Shown: piece by piece, positions 11,903-22,868 of the stretch
How the letters are laid out: every line of letters begins with the position of its first letter
Numbering within the stretch: the stretch's first letter is position 1
Source of the DNA: Balanoglossus misakiensis
Lineage: Eukaryota > Animalia > Hemichordata
Direction of reading: 5' to 3'
Length of the DNA: 64,000 bases
Assembly: GCA_040954595.2 (NCBI GenBank)
Contig: CM082577.2
Span: forward strand, 15,259,903 to 15,323,902
Translations under genes and position numbers: made by a program
Notes under the pieces: generated by a model
What the model was told of the DNA's origin: nothing
The model's database searches: none
Seen by the model: the letters and a program-made list of their open reading frames with translations, nothing else

Positions 11903-12266
11903 TATATTGCTTACGTAACGCAGGAATTTCATTGACTGCCAGTTGTTTATGTAATCAGATATTCCTTCCTAGACTAGCCCACTAGTCGCTTGGTTTTTAA
12001 ATCTCAATACTTTTTGTGTTTTCGGTGGTTTTTTGTCTTAATAAATAATTTCAATACTTTTTGCGTGCATGCTTGCCTTTAGCGTGTTTTTGGTAGTGAG
12101 GCGAGTTTCGAATTTGCGACTGAGCTTGTGGTTTCGAGTAGCCGACACGTTCCCTACACAGCCCATAGACTTGGAGCAAGTCTAATTCCTTCCGTACGTA
12201 GTCTCCTTACAATGAATGTTACTGGTAGCTGCAACCATGGACGTAAAAAGAGAATAACTTAGGACT
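11903..12266. repeat. Fragments of a repeat whose inverted counterpart lies at 16640-16799
   Basis: 11903-11944 is the reverse complement of 16758-16799 (3 mismatches in 42); 12236-12266 is reverse-complementary to 16640-16671. Confidence 0.65.
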
Positions 12267-12715
12267 GTCCATAGAGCTATTGTTCAGGCGATGGTTGCCG
12301 CCCCGCTCCGTTATCTCCTTATACTCCGTAATACTTTAATCGGATTATATCCGTAATTTATTCAAGAGTGGGTTCGGGTACTATATTCGGTACTGTTCGG
12401 GTGTTTCCGTTGGAGTCAAGTGATCATATCAGGCTGCATGAAATGCGCATGTGCGTGCCCTTTGACTTTGAACCATCGAGGAGATTTGGCCCGTATGCAC
12501 CAAATCTACGCTGAATAAAAACATGAATTGCGTCTTTGGCCAATGTGGTAGCTCTTGTCATGTAGTCCACAAATTACAACATACATTTAAGGTTTTCTGC
12601 CGATCGAACGGATATTGTAGGCACCGTTTGGTTTACCGGCAATTCCACTCGAAGTCAACGATTGTGGGCGCGATCGTTTAACTTGTAATCCTATGGCGAT
12701 AAAGTAACCGCACAT

Positions 12716-12838
12716 TGTTTTTTTTAGCATGCTTATAAAGACCGGTTCGCCATTTGGTCAAATATGCGTCGTTTTTTTCTGTTTTCACTTCTTTATTTCC
12801 TATACATCGAGACAAAAAAATTGGGATAATTTTACAGG
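12716..12838. repeat. ~120-bp direct repeat, second copy at 16381-16504
   Basis: TGTTTTTTTTAGCATGCTTATAAAGA.CGGTTCGCCATTTGGTCAAATATGCGTCG...GATAATTTTACAG at both sites. Confidence 0.75.
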
Positions 12839-13294
12839 GTAACATTTGAAACAATTGTCTCATCTAAGCTAAAACATGTAATATTAAAACATGTCCTACA
12901 TACAACTGCTTAATTAAACCAAATTAAACCAAAAAGGAGAGTAATTGATAAATGAACAGAAATACACAAAGAAATCGCACATTGTGAATTTATTTCTTTT
13001 ATTTATTCTAAGGTTTTAATGAAAAAACACTGTAATGATCTACATATTTTTTTAACACGTACTGACAGAAAAACAGTCGTGTTAAAGCGTCAAATAACAT
13101 TAACTGATGAATGAACACAAATACAGACAGGAATAACGCAAAAAACTGTTATTCTATTGAACCTACAGTGTTAACGAATACAAACTAAAATATGATTCTT
13201 CATATGTATAAATTTCATAAAGAGGAAGTCGTTATCGCCAAACAACGTACAAGGTTTAACTGGCTATCTGACCGAAAATAACACTCGTCTGTGT

Positions 13295-14599
13295 TTATAG
13301 TTCTGTGGTCTGTGGAGAACATGGCCGCTCATCGATGTCTTGTCCCGCGCCGTTTGTCGCTAGCTGGACGCTGTGAACACTTTGTGGAGAACATGGGTTA
13401 TTCTCTATGCCAAGCTCTGCATCGTTTATCGGCCGGGCGGTGAAAGTAACCACTTCAACAGTTTTGAAAAGTGTTTGGAACTGCGCGGATTCGCGTATGT
13501 ATCCCATCATCACCGATTCAAGTTCCTTTGGGAGCAACTCGTTCGATAGGTGTTGGTGAAGATGCATCTCTTCAGCATTCAGCTTGTCGGACAGAATATG
13601 ATAATACAGTAGTGCGGCGAGCGCGTTTACGTCGACTGGGGCGCCCCCAACGTCTTCGCTTTGGTGACATTGGGCCATAAACTCCGCGAGGCTGACAACC
13701 TGGTCTGCATCCACGTACTTCGCGAATCTCTTACCAAGACACGTCAATTTATCATCTTGTGTACGCAGATAATTCGCCATGTAACCCCAAATCGGTTTCA
13801 ACACCCACCACTGTCTGGAACCAACACGGTGGCCGTCGATAGGCATCACCATTACGCCATTATCTCCCTGTATATCGCTGTTATTCTGAAATAAATTCTG
13901 GCATTCCTCGATGGTTGACACGTGCAGGGGCAGGACGTGTAGTAGCTTCATTTCATGGCAAGCAGCGAAATAAGACTCGTAAAAAGGGAGGACGTGGAAT
14001 CCTTCACCTGTATTGTGCATCGTCGCTACTCGGTAGATTACAATGTCGTATCGGTCTCTTGCTGAATGGATGACCGCACCATATAATGCAACTGCCAGGA
14101 TGTCCCCGTTAACCGCTGACTCCATTTTCCGCAACATCCCATTGTATAACACTTGGGTTAGGTGTGGGAAACACCATATTTTGTCGGATGTCAACGCCGA
14201 CAGGTTGGAATCAAACGGGTTTCTAAATAATTCGGCATCCCTCTCAATCAACAGATCTCCATTTGAATTCATAAACGCCTCGAAATGAAAACCACCAAGA
14301 TTGCGTGCCAGTACGAACCTCTCATGCGGGTCCTTTTCAACCTCTGTTACATCTTCGATCACTCTTGCCTGATCCAGGTGGCCAAACGACAATTGGTTGA
14401 AATATGGAATTTCTCCCCCAATTTTGTATGTGGCTTTTGTCCTTGGTGTTTGTTCCTCTTGGTAGTCTGGAGAAAACACACAGAAACTCGGACCATCGAC
14501 CGCGTTTCGCATTTCGTTGGACATGGTTTTGTTGGGCAGTATCTGGCTATCAACTGAAGATAAAATTAGACTACAGTTCCTCTCATTTATAAGGCCCAT
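13295..14599 (-). CDS. Probable Rnl2-like RNA ligase/nucleotidyltransferase fold with degenerate catalytic motifs
   Basis: 434 aa (alternative start MSNEM). Motif order preserved but altered: ARNLGGFHF (I, KxDG), ALYGAV (III, LYGE), IYRV (IIIa), DNGVMV (IV, EGxV), WVLKP (V). Confidence 0.45.
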   Translation of the reverse strand: MGLINERNCSLILSSVDSQILPNKTMSNEMRNAVDGPSFCVFSPDYQEEQTPRTKATYKIGGEIPYFNQLSFGHLDQARVIEDVTEVEKDPHERFVLARNLGGFHFEAFMNSNGDLLIERDAELFRNPFDSNLSALTSDKIWCFPHLTQVLYNGMLRKMESAVNGDILAVALYGAVIHSARDRYDIVIYRVATMHNTGEGFHVLPFYESYFAACHEMKLLHVLPLHVSTIEECQNLFQNNSDIQGDNGVMVMPIDGHRVGSRQWWVLKPIWGYMANYLRTQDDKLTCLGKRFAKYVDADQVVSLAEFMAQCHQSEDVGGAPVDVNALAALLYYHILSDKLNAEEMHLHQHLSNELLPKELESVMMGYIRESAQFQTLFKTVEVVTFTARPINDAELGIENNPCSPQSVHSVQLATNGAGQDIDERPCSPQTTEL

Positions 14600-14616
14600 A
14601 TTCCCCTGATACGAGA

Positions 14617-15606
14617 CTAATATAATGGCTCAAACAGATGGGAGTCGTAGCCACCCATAAACAGTATTACGTCAACTGTGTTTTCGTTGTGTCTAGACCT
14701 ACATCTCACAACATCATCGAGTAATTTCCTCTCATGGCGTGCTTCACCCTTGTAGGCCACGACAAAAGCAAGTGTGTGGCACGCCACCCATGCAATCACC
14801 GGAACTATAAAGATGTATGAGTGGGAAGATGCTAGCGCGATGAAAGATGGCCCAACTAGCCACATGGAATGAAGTGGTAACAAGTACATTATGCAAGAAC
14901 CGACAAATAAACACAAGAACCAACGCCAATCTCCCAAAAAAACTGCTGCGGTTACCGATGGTATGACTATGCCAAATGTCAGGATGCTACACATAAAAAA
15001 AGCAGTGACAAGTTGTCTGGTTGTAAACATAAAAAACATTTCTGTAGGTAAACACGTACTCATGTGTTTCAGAAAGTGCGTGTGAGATATTTCTTTGTGT
15101 TCTTTGTTGGGCGAAATAATGTGACTTATGTAATTTTTTGTTACATCATATGAATCACTTTCGTCATATCCAAGTGCTGTCAAAATTTGGAGGTCGCTCA
15201 ACTGGTCCAATTCTGTACACTTCATTCTCTTCCGGTGGTATCGTATTGTTCGAAGCGCATCTTTTATTTCTTGTTTTCTCCCATGTACCCATTCCACCAA
15301 AAAAGGACAAAGGGTGATTAAAATGGCCAATACAATTGAAACGATTATCCATATTGTATCGCTGTCTAACCCGTCTGTCTTTTCTTGACATAGTGGTAAA
15401 CCAACGCGTCTGTAATTTTCATGACATCCGTATAATTCCCACCTCTCTTTTGTAAAATATAAGACAAATAATATCGCAGATATCGAGTATAACCCGCTTA
15501 GGAAAACAACAAATCGAATGACCACCGATCGATGACACCACAAAACAGACGCGGCAAAATATCTTTGCAGGAGTCGCAGTGCATTAAGTCGGCATACGCT
15601 GCTCAT
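14617..15606 (-). CDS. Multi-pass membrane protein, unknown function
   Basis: ORF 14617..15663, first ATG 15606 (MSSVCR); two N-terminal and about four C-terminal hydrophobic segments. Confidence 0.7.
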   Translation of the reverse strand: MSSVCRLNALRLLQRYFAASVLWCHRSVVIRFVVFLSGLYSISAILFVLYFTKERWELYGCHENYRRVGLPLCQEKTDGLDSDTIWIIVSIVLAILITLCPFLVEWVHGRKQEIKDALRTIRYHRKRMKCTELDQLSDLQILTALGYDESDSYDVTKNYISHIISPNKEHKEISHTHFLKHMSTCLPTEMFFMFTTRQLVTAFFMCSILTFGIVIPSVTAAVFLGDWRWFLCLFVGSCIMYLLPLHSMWLVGPSFIALASSHSYIFIVPVIAWVACHTLAFVVAYKGEARHERKLLDDVVRCRSRHNENTVDVILFMGGYDSHLFEPLY

Positions 15607-15838
15607 TTTAACCTCGGGTACGCATGTATGACGTCGCGGTTTGCTAAGCCCTAGACGCGGCAAAATATCTTTGCAGGAGTCAGTTTGTTGACGCTGACCT
15701 CTAGATCATTAACAATAACTTGTGTGGTTTTCGCACTCGCATGTCTGATGTCGCGGTTCGCTACGCCCTAAAGAGTATAAATAAGCGGTACTCATAGCAA
15801 GTTGCACGCAGTTTCTCATAGAACACTTATCCGACAAG

Positions 15839-17696
15839 ATGTTTTATTTTCTGCTCATCTGTATGATCTTGGTCCTTGGTTCTCCCAGTAATGGAGCCCC
15901 AATGACACCTGCTACACCCACGGTGCACGGTTCAGACAATTCCCAAACACCAGCTATCGGCGCTATGTTAGAAGAGGTGTATGTCTCAACGGAGGATAGA
16001 TTTCGTTCGAATTTTTTGATGCGTTATGATGAACGTTGCAAGGATGGTGACAATAATTGTTCCTCGGTACATATAATGCAGTGCCGGTCATTTGGTAAGT
16101 AGTCTAACAACTTTTGTCTCACCTGTACACTTAAAGGCTCATCGGCGTTTACCATTCATTCATTTTGTTGACATTCTTACTCGGACCATAAATGAAATTC
16201 CTATGTTAAGCGATATATCAAGAGACATCGCGAAAAATGGCAAAACCCGAACGTGGATAGAGAAAATTGCCACGTGCTCCTGCATATAAGACACAAGTTT
16301 ATTGCTTCGTCTCCTCTTCAATGCAAAAATTAGACGTAGGACCCTTGAACTTTTAACGTGAGAGTGATTTTAAAATGTCTTGTTTTTTTTTTAGCATGCT
16401 TATAAAGATCGGTTCGCCATTTGGTCAAATATGCGTCGATTTTTTCTGTTTTAACTTCTTAATTTCCGTTACATCGAGACAAAAAAATGGTGATAATTTT
16501 ACAGTAATTTACCACTTCTTTGTGACTTAAACAGCAAGTTTTCGTGAGTACTGCTGTCACTGTGTACGTTGACGGCGGCAAAGGTCACCAGGACAGCTTA
16601 GACAAAGCGAATACAATAGGTGTGAATGGGCTTAAGCAGCAGTCCTAAGTCCTTCTCTTTTTTACGTCCATCCGTGGCTATCAGTATCGTTCAGTGTAAC
16701 TGCCCAGTCAATGAAATTCCTATGTTACGTAAGAGATAGATAAATAGCGTTCAGTGTAACTGCCAGTCAATGAAATTCCTATGTTACGTAAGCAATATAT
16801 CAAGATACTACGGGATGGAAGTTGTGTGTGTGTTCAACTGTCGATATATCCACATGTAAAAAAATAACGAAATAGGTGTCTTGTATCAAACAGAAATAAT
16901 GGAACAAAATGGGTGAGAGAGACTGAGTCCCTTTAATATGCTGATCCGTTTTATATTTTCTTTTGTTGTAGTCGATCGGCAAGACGTCAACCATCTCGAT
17001 GCTCATTTTACTTTTGATGTTGCAACGACCACAAGTGTGAACAAGGTTGAAATGTACGTTCCTATCGCCGGCAATCATGAAGGGGACGGTCATATTCTAC
17101 TGGCTATGTCAAAGGGTGGCCGCAGGCGTCCTACTATGGACACAATAGCCGATATATCTTTCCACCAATTTGACGTCACTCCGCTGGTTAGGAGACAAAC
17201 TTACACTAAACGCACGCGTAACACTACTACAATTAGTCTCATATGCAAGGATAAAGATTTGTGCAATTCCAGTTTGACAAGTGGCACTTTCCTGGTCATG
17301 TACACTGAAAAGGAAACCGAAAAACTTGAAGCGGACAAATGTAAAATACACCCTGACGGTGTATCAATTGTTACCGACACTGGCAAATTTCTTTGGAATG
17401 ATCGAATTGCGATTGCTCTAAATTTAACTGGTGAACTCGATTACGATTTAGATTCATGCGCCTTGACCAGAATATCGAAACGTGTCGACAGCCTATTCGG
17501 GAACACTTCTGTGGCGGATTTGCTTCCATCATACCTCACGTTTCACGTTTGCAGCGGGTACTGCGAGACTTCCGATCAAAGTCGGTGTTGTCGACCAACT
17601 GGTTTCAATAACATGATTATTTATGTGGCTGGGAGAGTATACACAGAGGTCAATGTAAAGAATTTGGATGCAAGTGGCTGTATTTGTTCTTATTAA
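15839..17696 (+). CDS. Secreted TGF-beta family ligand; two exons (15839-16094, 16972-17696), 326 aa
   Basis: TATAAATA at 15777; signal peptide MFYFLLICMILVLGS; donor G|GTAAGT at 16095 and acceptor TTTTGTTGTAG|TC at 16971 join in phase 1 to CRSF-VDRQ (cf. BMP propeptide TVRSF); C-terminal C...CSGYC...CCRP...CIC cystine knot. Confidence 0.8.
16813..16936. mobile_element. Solo right end of the TTAA MITE family seen intact at 45071-45522
   Basis: GGATGGAAGTT...TATATCCACAT...GTGTCTTGTATCAAA...GAGAGAGACTGAGTCCCTTTAA resembles 45399-45526. Confidence 0.7.
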
Positions 17697-19612
17697 CAGA
17701 TTGTCAGCCATTGGTAATATAGAGATAGGGGTCGAGATCATATAGTTTCATTCGTGGATTATAGTTAAGCAGTTAGCTCGAATATTTTATTGTTTAGATT
17801 AATAGATTGATGTATTTTAAAACATTTTTGTTATTGATCATTCTACCCTATTAGTGTGTATCACTGTTATAGAAATTGCTAGATTAATAGATTGATGTAT
17901 TTTACAGAACGCTTGCATGTTTTTGGGTTCAGTGAGTATCGGCAGATCATGTATGTTTTTTCCGTAATTATCATTCACGTTATTAACTATAGTAGACTAT
18001 GTATTCAATATAAATAAAAATTGCATGTAAAAAAAATCACACTCGCATTGCTTCTCATTATTTTCCCTTTTCCTTTAGGTCAAATAAACATATATGTGTT
18101 TTTACAATTACCCGACCTACACTACTTTAAATCCACCAACTCTGAATTTGTCAGAACCTCTTAAACAAGACGTGAAACTAGAATATGCAAAATTTATGGA
18201 CATTGCGATAACACCGCAAAGCCCACTACGTCATTCTTATACAACAAATATTGCGAAATAAACAACTGTCCCTATCTACCTACCCGAGTTGTCAAAACCA
18301 TGTATCCGGAACAGCAGATATATATATATGTATTTGTTTGGCTTGATGGGAAATGCATGACAAGAATTGAGTTGCCATAATGTCGTTTCTTTATTGGTTA
18401 AATAAAATGATAGAAAAATTGTGAAATATAGGTCCATAGTGTTGTTTATTCACGTACGTGCTTTTATTTATGTCTGGTGAGTCTCGTTCAATGTACAATT
18501 TGTAACCGTTCATAAATCTACCTAAACACTCTGAAACATGGGTCCGAAATTAGCATATTTTATTTGATTCAAATGACATGCTAATGATATTTCGTTTGGG
18601 CATGCGAGGCCAAAGTGCAGAATCAGCGCGCATATGAGCGAGAGAGTTGTGCAGGTTTGAACTTGATTTTCTTTTCACTGGTTGATTGACCGGCGAAAAT
18701 CTCATCGGTTTTAAGTAAACTGTATATCTACCTTTCATAAACAACAGTTTTAGAATGTATAATAAAACGCAAGAGGCCGATTTTTGTAAAAACTTCTGCT
18801 GTCATCGTCGCCATACTTTGACCCACTCTGACTGAAAGGTAATTCTCCGATTTAAGTCCCGATTTACTAAGGTTACAGGTCGTGAACACTCTTCATATTT
18901 GGGAAAAATATTTAATATATATGCAAAAACGCTTGTGGCAAGTTTGAGGGTTCTGCGTCCTTGCCAACGAAACTGACGCAGCGTTTTGTCCTGCGGTGCA
19001 GTGTGAAATCGACCTCGACCGGGAACGCGGAAGTAAAATTGACTATAGGGCTTCACATTAAGAATAAGCCTTTCGATCTACTCAGACGTATTTTGGTGAT
19101 AATACTGGTAAATTGGGCAATTGGGGTCACAAATATTGCCATAAGCCCGACGTGTTTCACCTCTGCTGTCTATGGTTTCACGTACAATCTCACTGAGAAG
19201 GACAGGCTTCGCCAGTGTCCACCGCAAATCAACACGCCCTGGCCTGCGCACAGATCTTTGTGTTCCCGGCGTCACACGGCCGTGTAACGCGCCGGCAACT
19301 CACGTTCACAGACCTGTACGCACGGCTAGAAAGCCCGCACACGTGCGTATATCGGCCCGATTAGCCTGCTCTGGGGGTAGACATAAGGGTTCAGGTATTT
19401 GTGTATTTTGTACAATATTCAGGTGCATAGTCTGCATGATTTATTAAAACATATGGACAGCAAAGTGTGTGAATTTCAATCTGTCTTCGCTGATCCCCGT
19501 GTTTGGCGCGGGAAAGTTTACAAGTCCACGATAGGAGTTTCAAGGCTGACTCAGTGACTGCTATTGACATGATATATCTGATGTCCCAACAAGAAAACAA
19601 AGTTTGTACATA

Positions 19613-20346
19613 CCGTACTTGCCCGGGTAAGAACCCCCCCCCCCCGGCCGAATATCCATTAAATTCTTGGAAATTTAATAAAGTGCAATGCAAAAAAGGC
19701 GGATTTTCATCCCCAAAGTCACTACAAGTGACAAAAAATGTATGATGATTTACTTTCGCGCTGATTATCGTACCGACGGCGGCCGACTGGCCACGCTGAG
19801 TTATATATAGCCGCTCTAGAAAACATGATCTCATATAGGTCCCTCGGGACTTTGCCTCTAATTCAACGATCAAGGGAGCTTTCCAAAGCGGCCGCGTGGA
19901 GCTGCTTCAGGCCGTCCTCGACGCGAAACAACCAACATTGGAGATCCCGACTTGGACTCGGAGAATGAACCACTCAAAAAGTCCGGCGTCCGTCGACGTC
20001 TAAGTATTAAATGCATGTGTGGGATCGACCATTTACCAATGTCCCGGTTAAACGGGATGTTTTGTCTGCGCCCATGGTGTCCCGATTAAACGGCGGCGAC
20101 TGTAATATGGTTTCTGTATTTGATTTATGGGTAAAACACTTTTTATTATTTAATAAATACATTGTTTGACCGTGAAATGTTTGGCCATGTTATTTGCATA
20201 ATTATTCACCCCTTCCTCGTGTCCCTAGGCCCTCAGTTGCATAAATGTCGAGGTTGCGTCCGGGCTAAAGCCCCCCCCCCCCCCCTCCCTGTTTTTTCGC
20301 TAATCTATGGGCCCAGCACCCGGGGCTCTTACCCGGGCAAGTACGG
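19613..20346. mobile_element. Tc1/mariner(pogo)-type MITE, TA TSD
   Basis: TIR CCGTACTTGCCCGGGTAAGA at 19613 and its exact inverse ending 20346; TA at 19611-12 and 20347-48; no coding capacity. Confidence 0.8.
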
Positions 20347-20504
20347 TATTCCACAAAGCCTGTTGTATGTTTTATTGTCACAATCAGTACAAATTTACCA
20401 GTATCATACAATCTAGAATAAACTGACAGATCGATTTGATATGAAAAGGAACATCACTGTTTTGGGAGTGTAAAATGCGAGTGTAAAATGCGACGTCCGA
20501 CAGT

Positions 20505-21203
20505 TTAATTGAGCATTTTCAATATCTTTGCATGAATACTATTTATCAAATTGTTCAAGTCTATATAATGCTCCTCAATGAATATCCAGGACACAATCAC
20601 AAACGCACTAACTGATGTGACCGCGATTATAAAATATAGCCGAGAGGAATTTTGTGCGTAGTCGCTCGCTGGTGGTAAAGGGTCTGTAAACAACTGGATA
20701 GAATATGTGAGGTTGTATGTTTCTGGTCCCGAATGCAGTCTTGATTGTGATAAGTTACCAGCGGAATGTAATGCGTATATACACTTTGTGAATAAATACA
20801 TGTTTGGTTGCCATATCATGGAACAAAACCTTACAGGATCTTTGTACACATCGAAAGATTTGTGTAATGGAATCATGCGTTTATACTCAATGACCGTATT
20901 CTTCGGTATCCTATCAAAGGACGTTAACTGGACGAGGTGGCGGTTTGTATTAATATGATAACATGACCCATTCATCATGACGTGGCAAGACGGTTTCCAA
21001 AGCCGAATACGGTCGATTAACAGACTACTTCTTGTATTGATGATAAACGACAAATTGTCACTGTTCACATCAACATTAACGTGAAACCCGCTAGGTAAAA
21101 ACAATAACTCTGAGATGACCGGTGACGAACAGGCGACTGATAGGCACACTGCTAGTAATAACAGAGAGTCCCGTTGGAGGAGGATCATACGTCGGACGCG
21201 CAT
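20505..21203 (-). CDS. Type I membrane glycoprotein, unknown function
   Basis: ORF 20505..21278; signal peptide after internal Met (SLLLLAVCLSVACS), several NxS/T sites, C-terminal TM LYFIIAVTSVSAFVIVSWIFI. Start 21203 or 21188. Confidence 0.7.
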   Translation of the reverse strand: MRVRRMILLQRDSLLLLAVCLSVACSSPVISELLFLPSGFHVNVDVNSDNLSFIINTRSSLLIDRIRLWKPSCHVMMNGSCYHINTNRHLVQLTSFDRIPKNTVIEYKRMIPLHKSFDVYKDPVRFCSMIWQPNMYLFTKCIYALHSAGNLSQSRLHSGPETYNLTYSIQLFTDPLPPASDYAQNSSRLYFIIAVTSVSAFVIVSWIFIEEHYIDLNNLINSIHAKILKMLN

Positions 21204-21948
21204 GACGCTGTTTGGTTTCTGTAAGAGCTTGAGAGGTTGGCTTCCTCTGGAAAATGAATGTGACGTTGATAATGACAATGATGAACTATGTGAAGATGAT
21301 TACAAAATCCGCCAAGCTCTGAGTGAATTATCCAATCGCATCGATGGTATAATTAATATGATTTCGGACAAGAAGCAGAGGGTTTCGGAAGATATGCGAA
21401 CTCTAGTAACTGAAAAAGATCGATTGAAGAGAGATGCACTCGAGAATATACGTGATCTGCCAGAAGATTTTCGTTCGCATGATACTTTGACTTCTCCCCT
21501 GGAGATCGCTAAACTTGATATGATTACGTTAATAAGAAAGGAAAGAATACTACGCGAATACTACAAGACTCTGAATAATGTTGAAGGAAACATGTATGGG
21601 GTACGAATGAGCACAGAGCGACACCAATTATGTCACAGTACAAAGAGTGCACTGAATCACGTCCCTCGGCGTATTCGACACAATAAAGTCGACGACGTGT
21701 TAACCATGACAACGCAATATAACGACATTCTATACGAACTCACGAGACGCCTCGAGTTACCGCTAGACACAAGATCTCTGCAGGATTTTTCGCATAGCGA
21801 CGGAGATATCGAGAGAGAGATGGAATCATTTCTGCTGGGAGACACATTGACAAACACCCAACAGAACATCCATGCTCAATACCATCATGACATACCTGAT
21901 GCATCTATGAATGAATTATTAAAAGTCCAGACAACGCTTGCGAATTAA
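21202..21948 (+). CDS. ESCRT-III Snf7/CHMP4-like coiled-coil protein
   Basis: ORF 21115..21948, likely ATG 21202. Amphipathic N-terminus MTLFGFCKSLRGWL, long helical hairpin, LIRKERIL, KVDDVL...ELTRRLELPL...DGDIEREMESF parallel to CHMP4 KVDELM...EISTAISKPV...DEDELMAELEEL; acidic tail. Confidence 0.6.
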   Translation: MTLFGFCKSLRGWLPLENECDVDNDNDELCEDDYKIRQALSELSNRIDGIINMISDKKQRVSEDMRTLVTEKDRLKRDALENIRDLPEDFRSHDTLTSPLEIAKLDMITLIRKERILREYYKTLNNVEGNMYGVRMSTERHQLCHSTKSALNHVPRRIRHNKVDDVLTMTTQYNDILYELTRRLELPLDTRSLQDFSHSDGDIEREMESFLLGDTLTNTQQNIHAQYHHDIPDASMNELLKVQTTLAN

Positions 21949-21956
21949 AACTGTAT

Positions 21957-22517
21957 TTATGTTTTCAAGTGTTCATCATTTGTCCAAAATTGGGCATTCA
22001 GCCAGCATTTGTTGTATAGTTTGCACAAGTCCAGCATATTCTGTATTTGATAATCCGGTCGACATAACGCCGGTAACTTTCCCTTTAATTCTACTGAGTT
22101 GTTGACAATTAAGTTGTCCTTCACGGAGATTGTCGCAGTGACCTTGACAACGCCCCTCTGTAGATTCATTCTACTTCCCCTTTTGTTCTGACTTATTGGT
22201 GTCATGAACCCAATCAATACACCGTGACGGTCGTACACTCTAGACATAGGACGTTCTAACGGGGACAATTTATGTATTAAATTGAAATCAGGCGACTGTT
22301 CGACGTCCACCTCTTTCATGCGATCCACGTCGGCTTTCTTTTTAGAAAGGTCACATTTCATTCTTTCTCTATTACGAACGATTGAATCGATAATATTACC
22401 ATTACACGATGTGACGCAATTCATACCCAAAACATCCTTTGCTGTGACATTCTCAGCGAAGAAAACGGCAACCCCTTTTGAACATATTCGCCCGAAAAAT
22501 TGCTCAAATGACTCCAT
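21957..22517 (-). CDS. Hypothetical protein (~186 aa)
   Basis: ORF 21957..22571, ATG 22517 (MESF); converges tightly (8 bp) on the Snf7-like gene. Confidence 0.55.
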   Translation of the reverse strand: MESFEQFFGRICSKGVAVFFAENVTAKDVLGMNCVTSCNGNIIDSIVRNRERMKCDLSKKKADVDRMKEVDVEQSPDFNLIHKLSPLERPMSRVYDRHGVLIGFMTPISQNKRGSRMNLQRGVVKVTATISVKDNLIVNNSVELKGKLPALCRPDYQIQNMLDLCKLYNKCWLNAQFWTNDEHLKT

Positions 22518-22829
22518 TGTTACACCCACATTACATACTGTACAGACGAAACAACAAAAACGCAATAACAAGATACGTTAAGATGACGATACGTATGATT
22601 TTCAATCCAATAAACGTTATTATTACTAATTCATGTGAAAGAAACAACAACAAAACACTTTGTCTATCAGATGAGGTCATTGGTGTTGTTTTCAGCGGGT
22701 GGCGTGTGGCAGGCTGTCAAGGCCAAACTTGTACATGTAACGTTGAACATGCTAAGGGTGACCTTTTTTTATTTGTTTCTAATCGCCAGAGGAATCGTCA
22801 GGCAGGGCGGGCTGGCGAAATAAACTAAA

Positions 22830-22868
<39 letters not shown>

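Noticed and set aside
16092-16289. Separate cystine-knot gene ending CSCI
   Set aside because: It lies in the TGF-beta intron, includes repeat-derived sequence and has no ATG start or other knot cysteines.
11903-16799. Composite transposon bounded by 42-bp inverted repeats
   Set aside because: The right repeat lies inside the TGF-beta intron, extra copies exist and no transposase is present; better explained as scattered repeat fragments.
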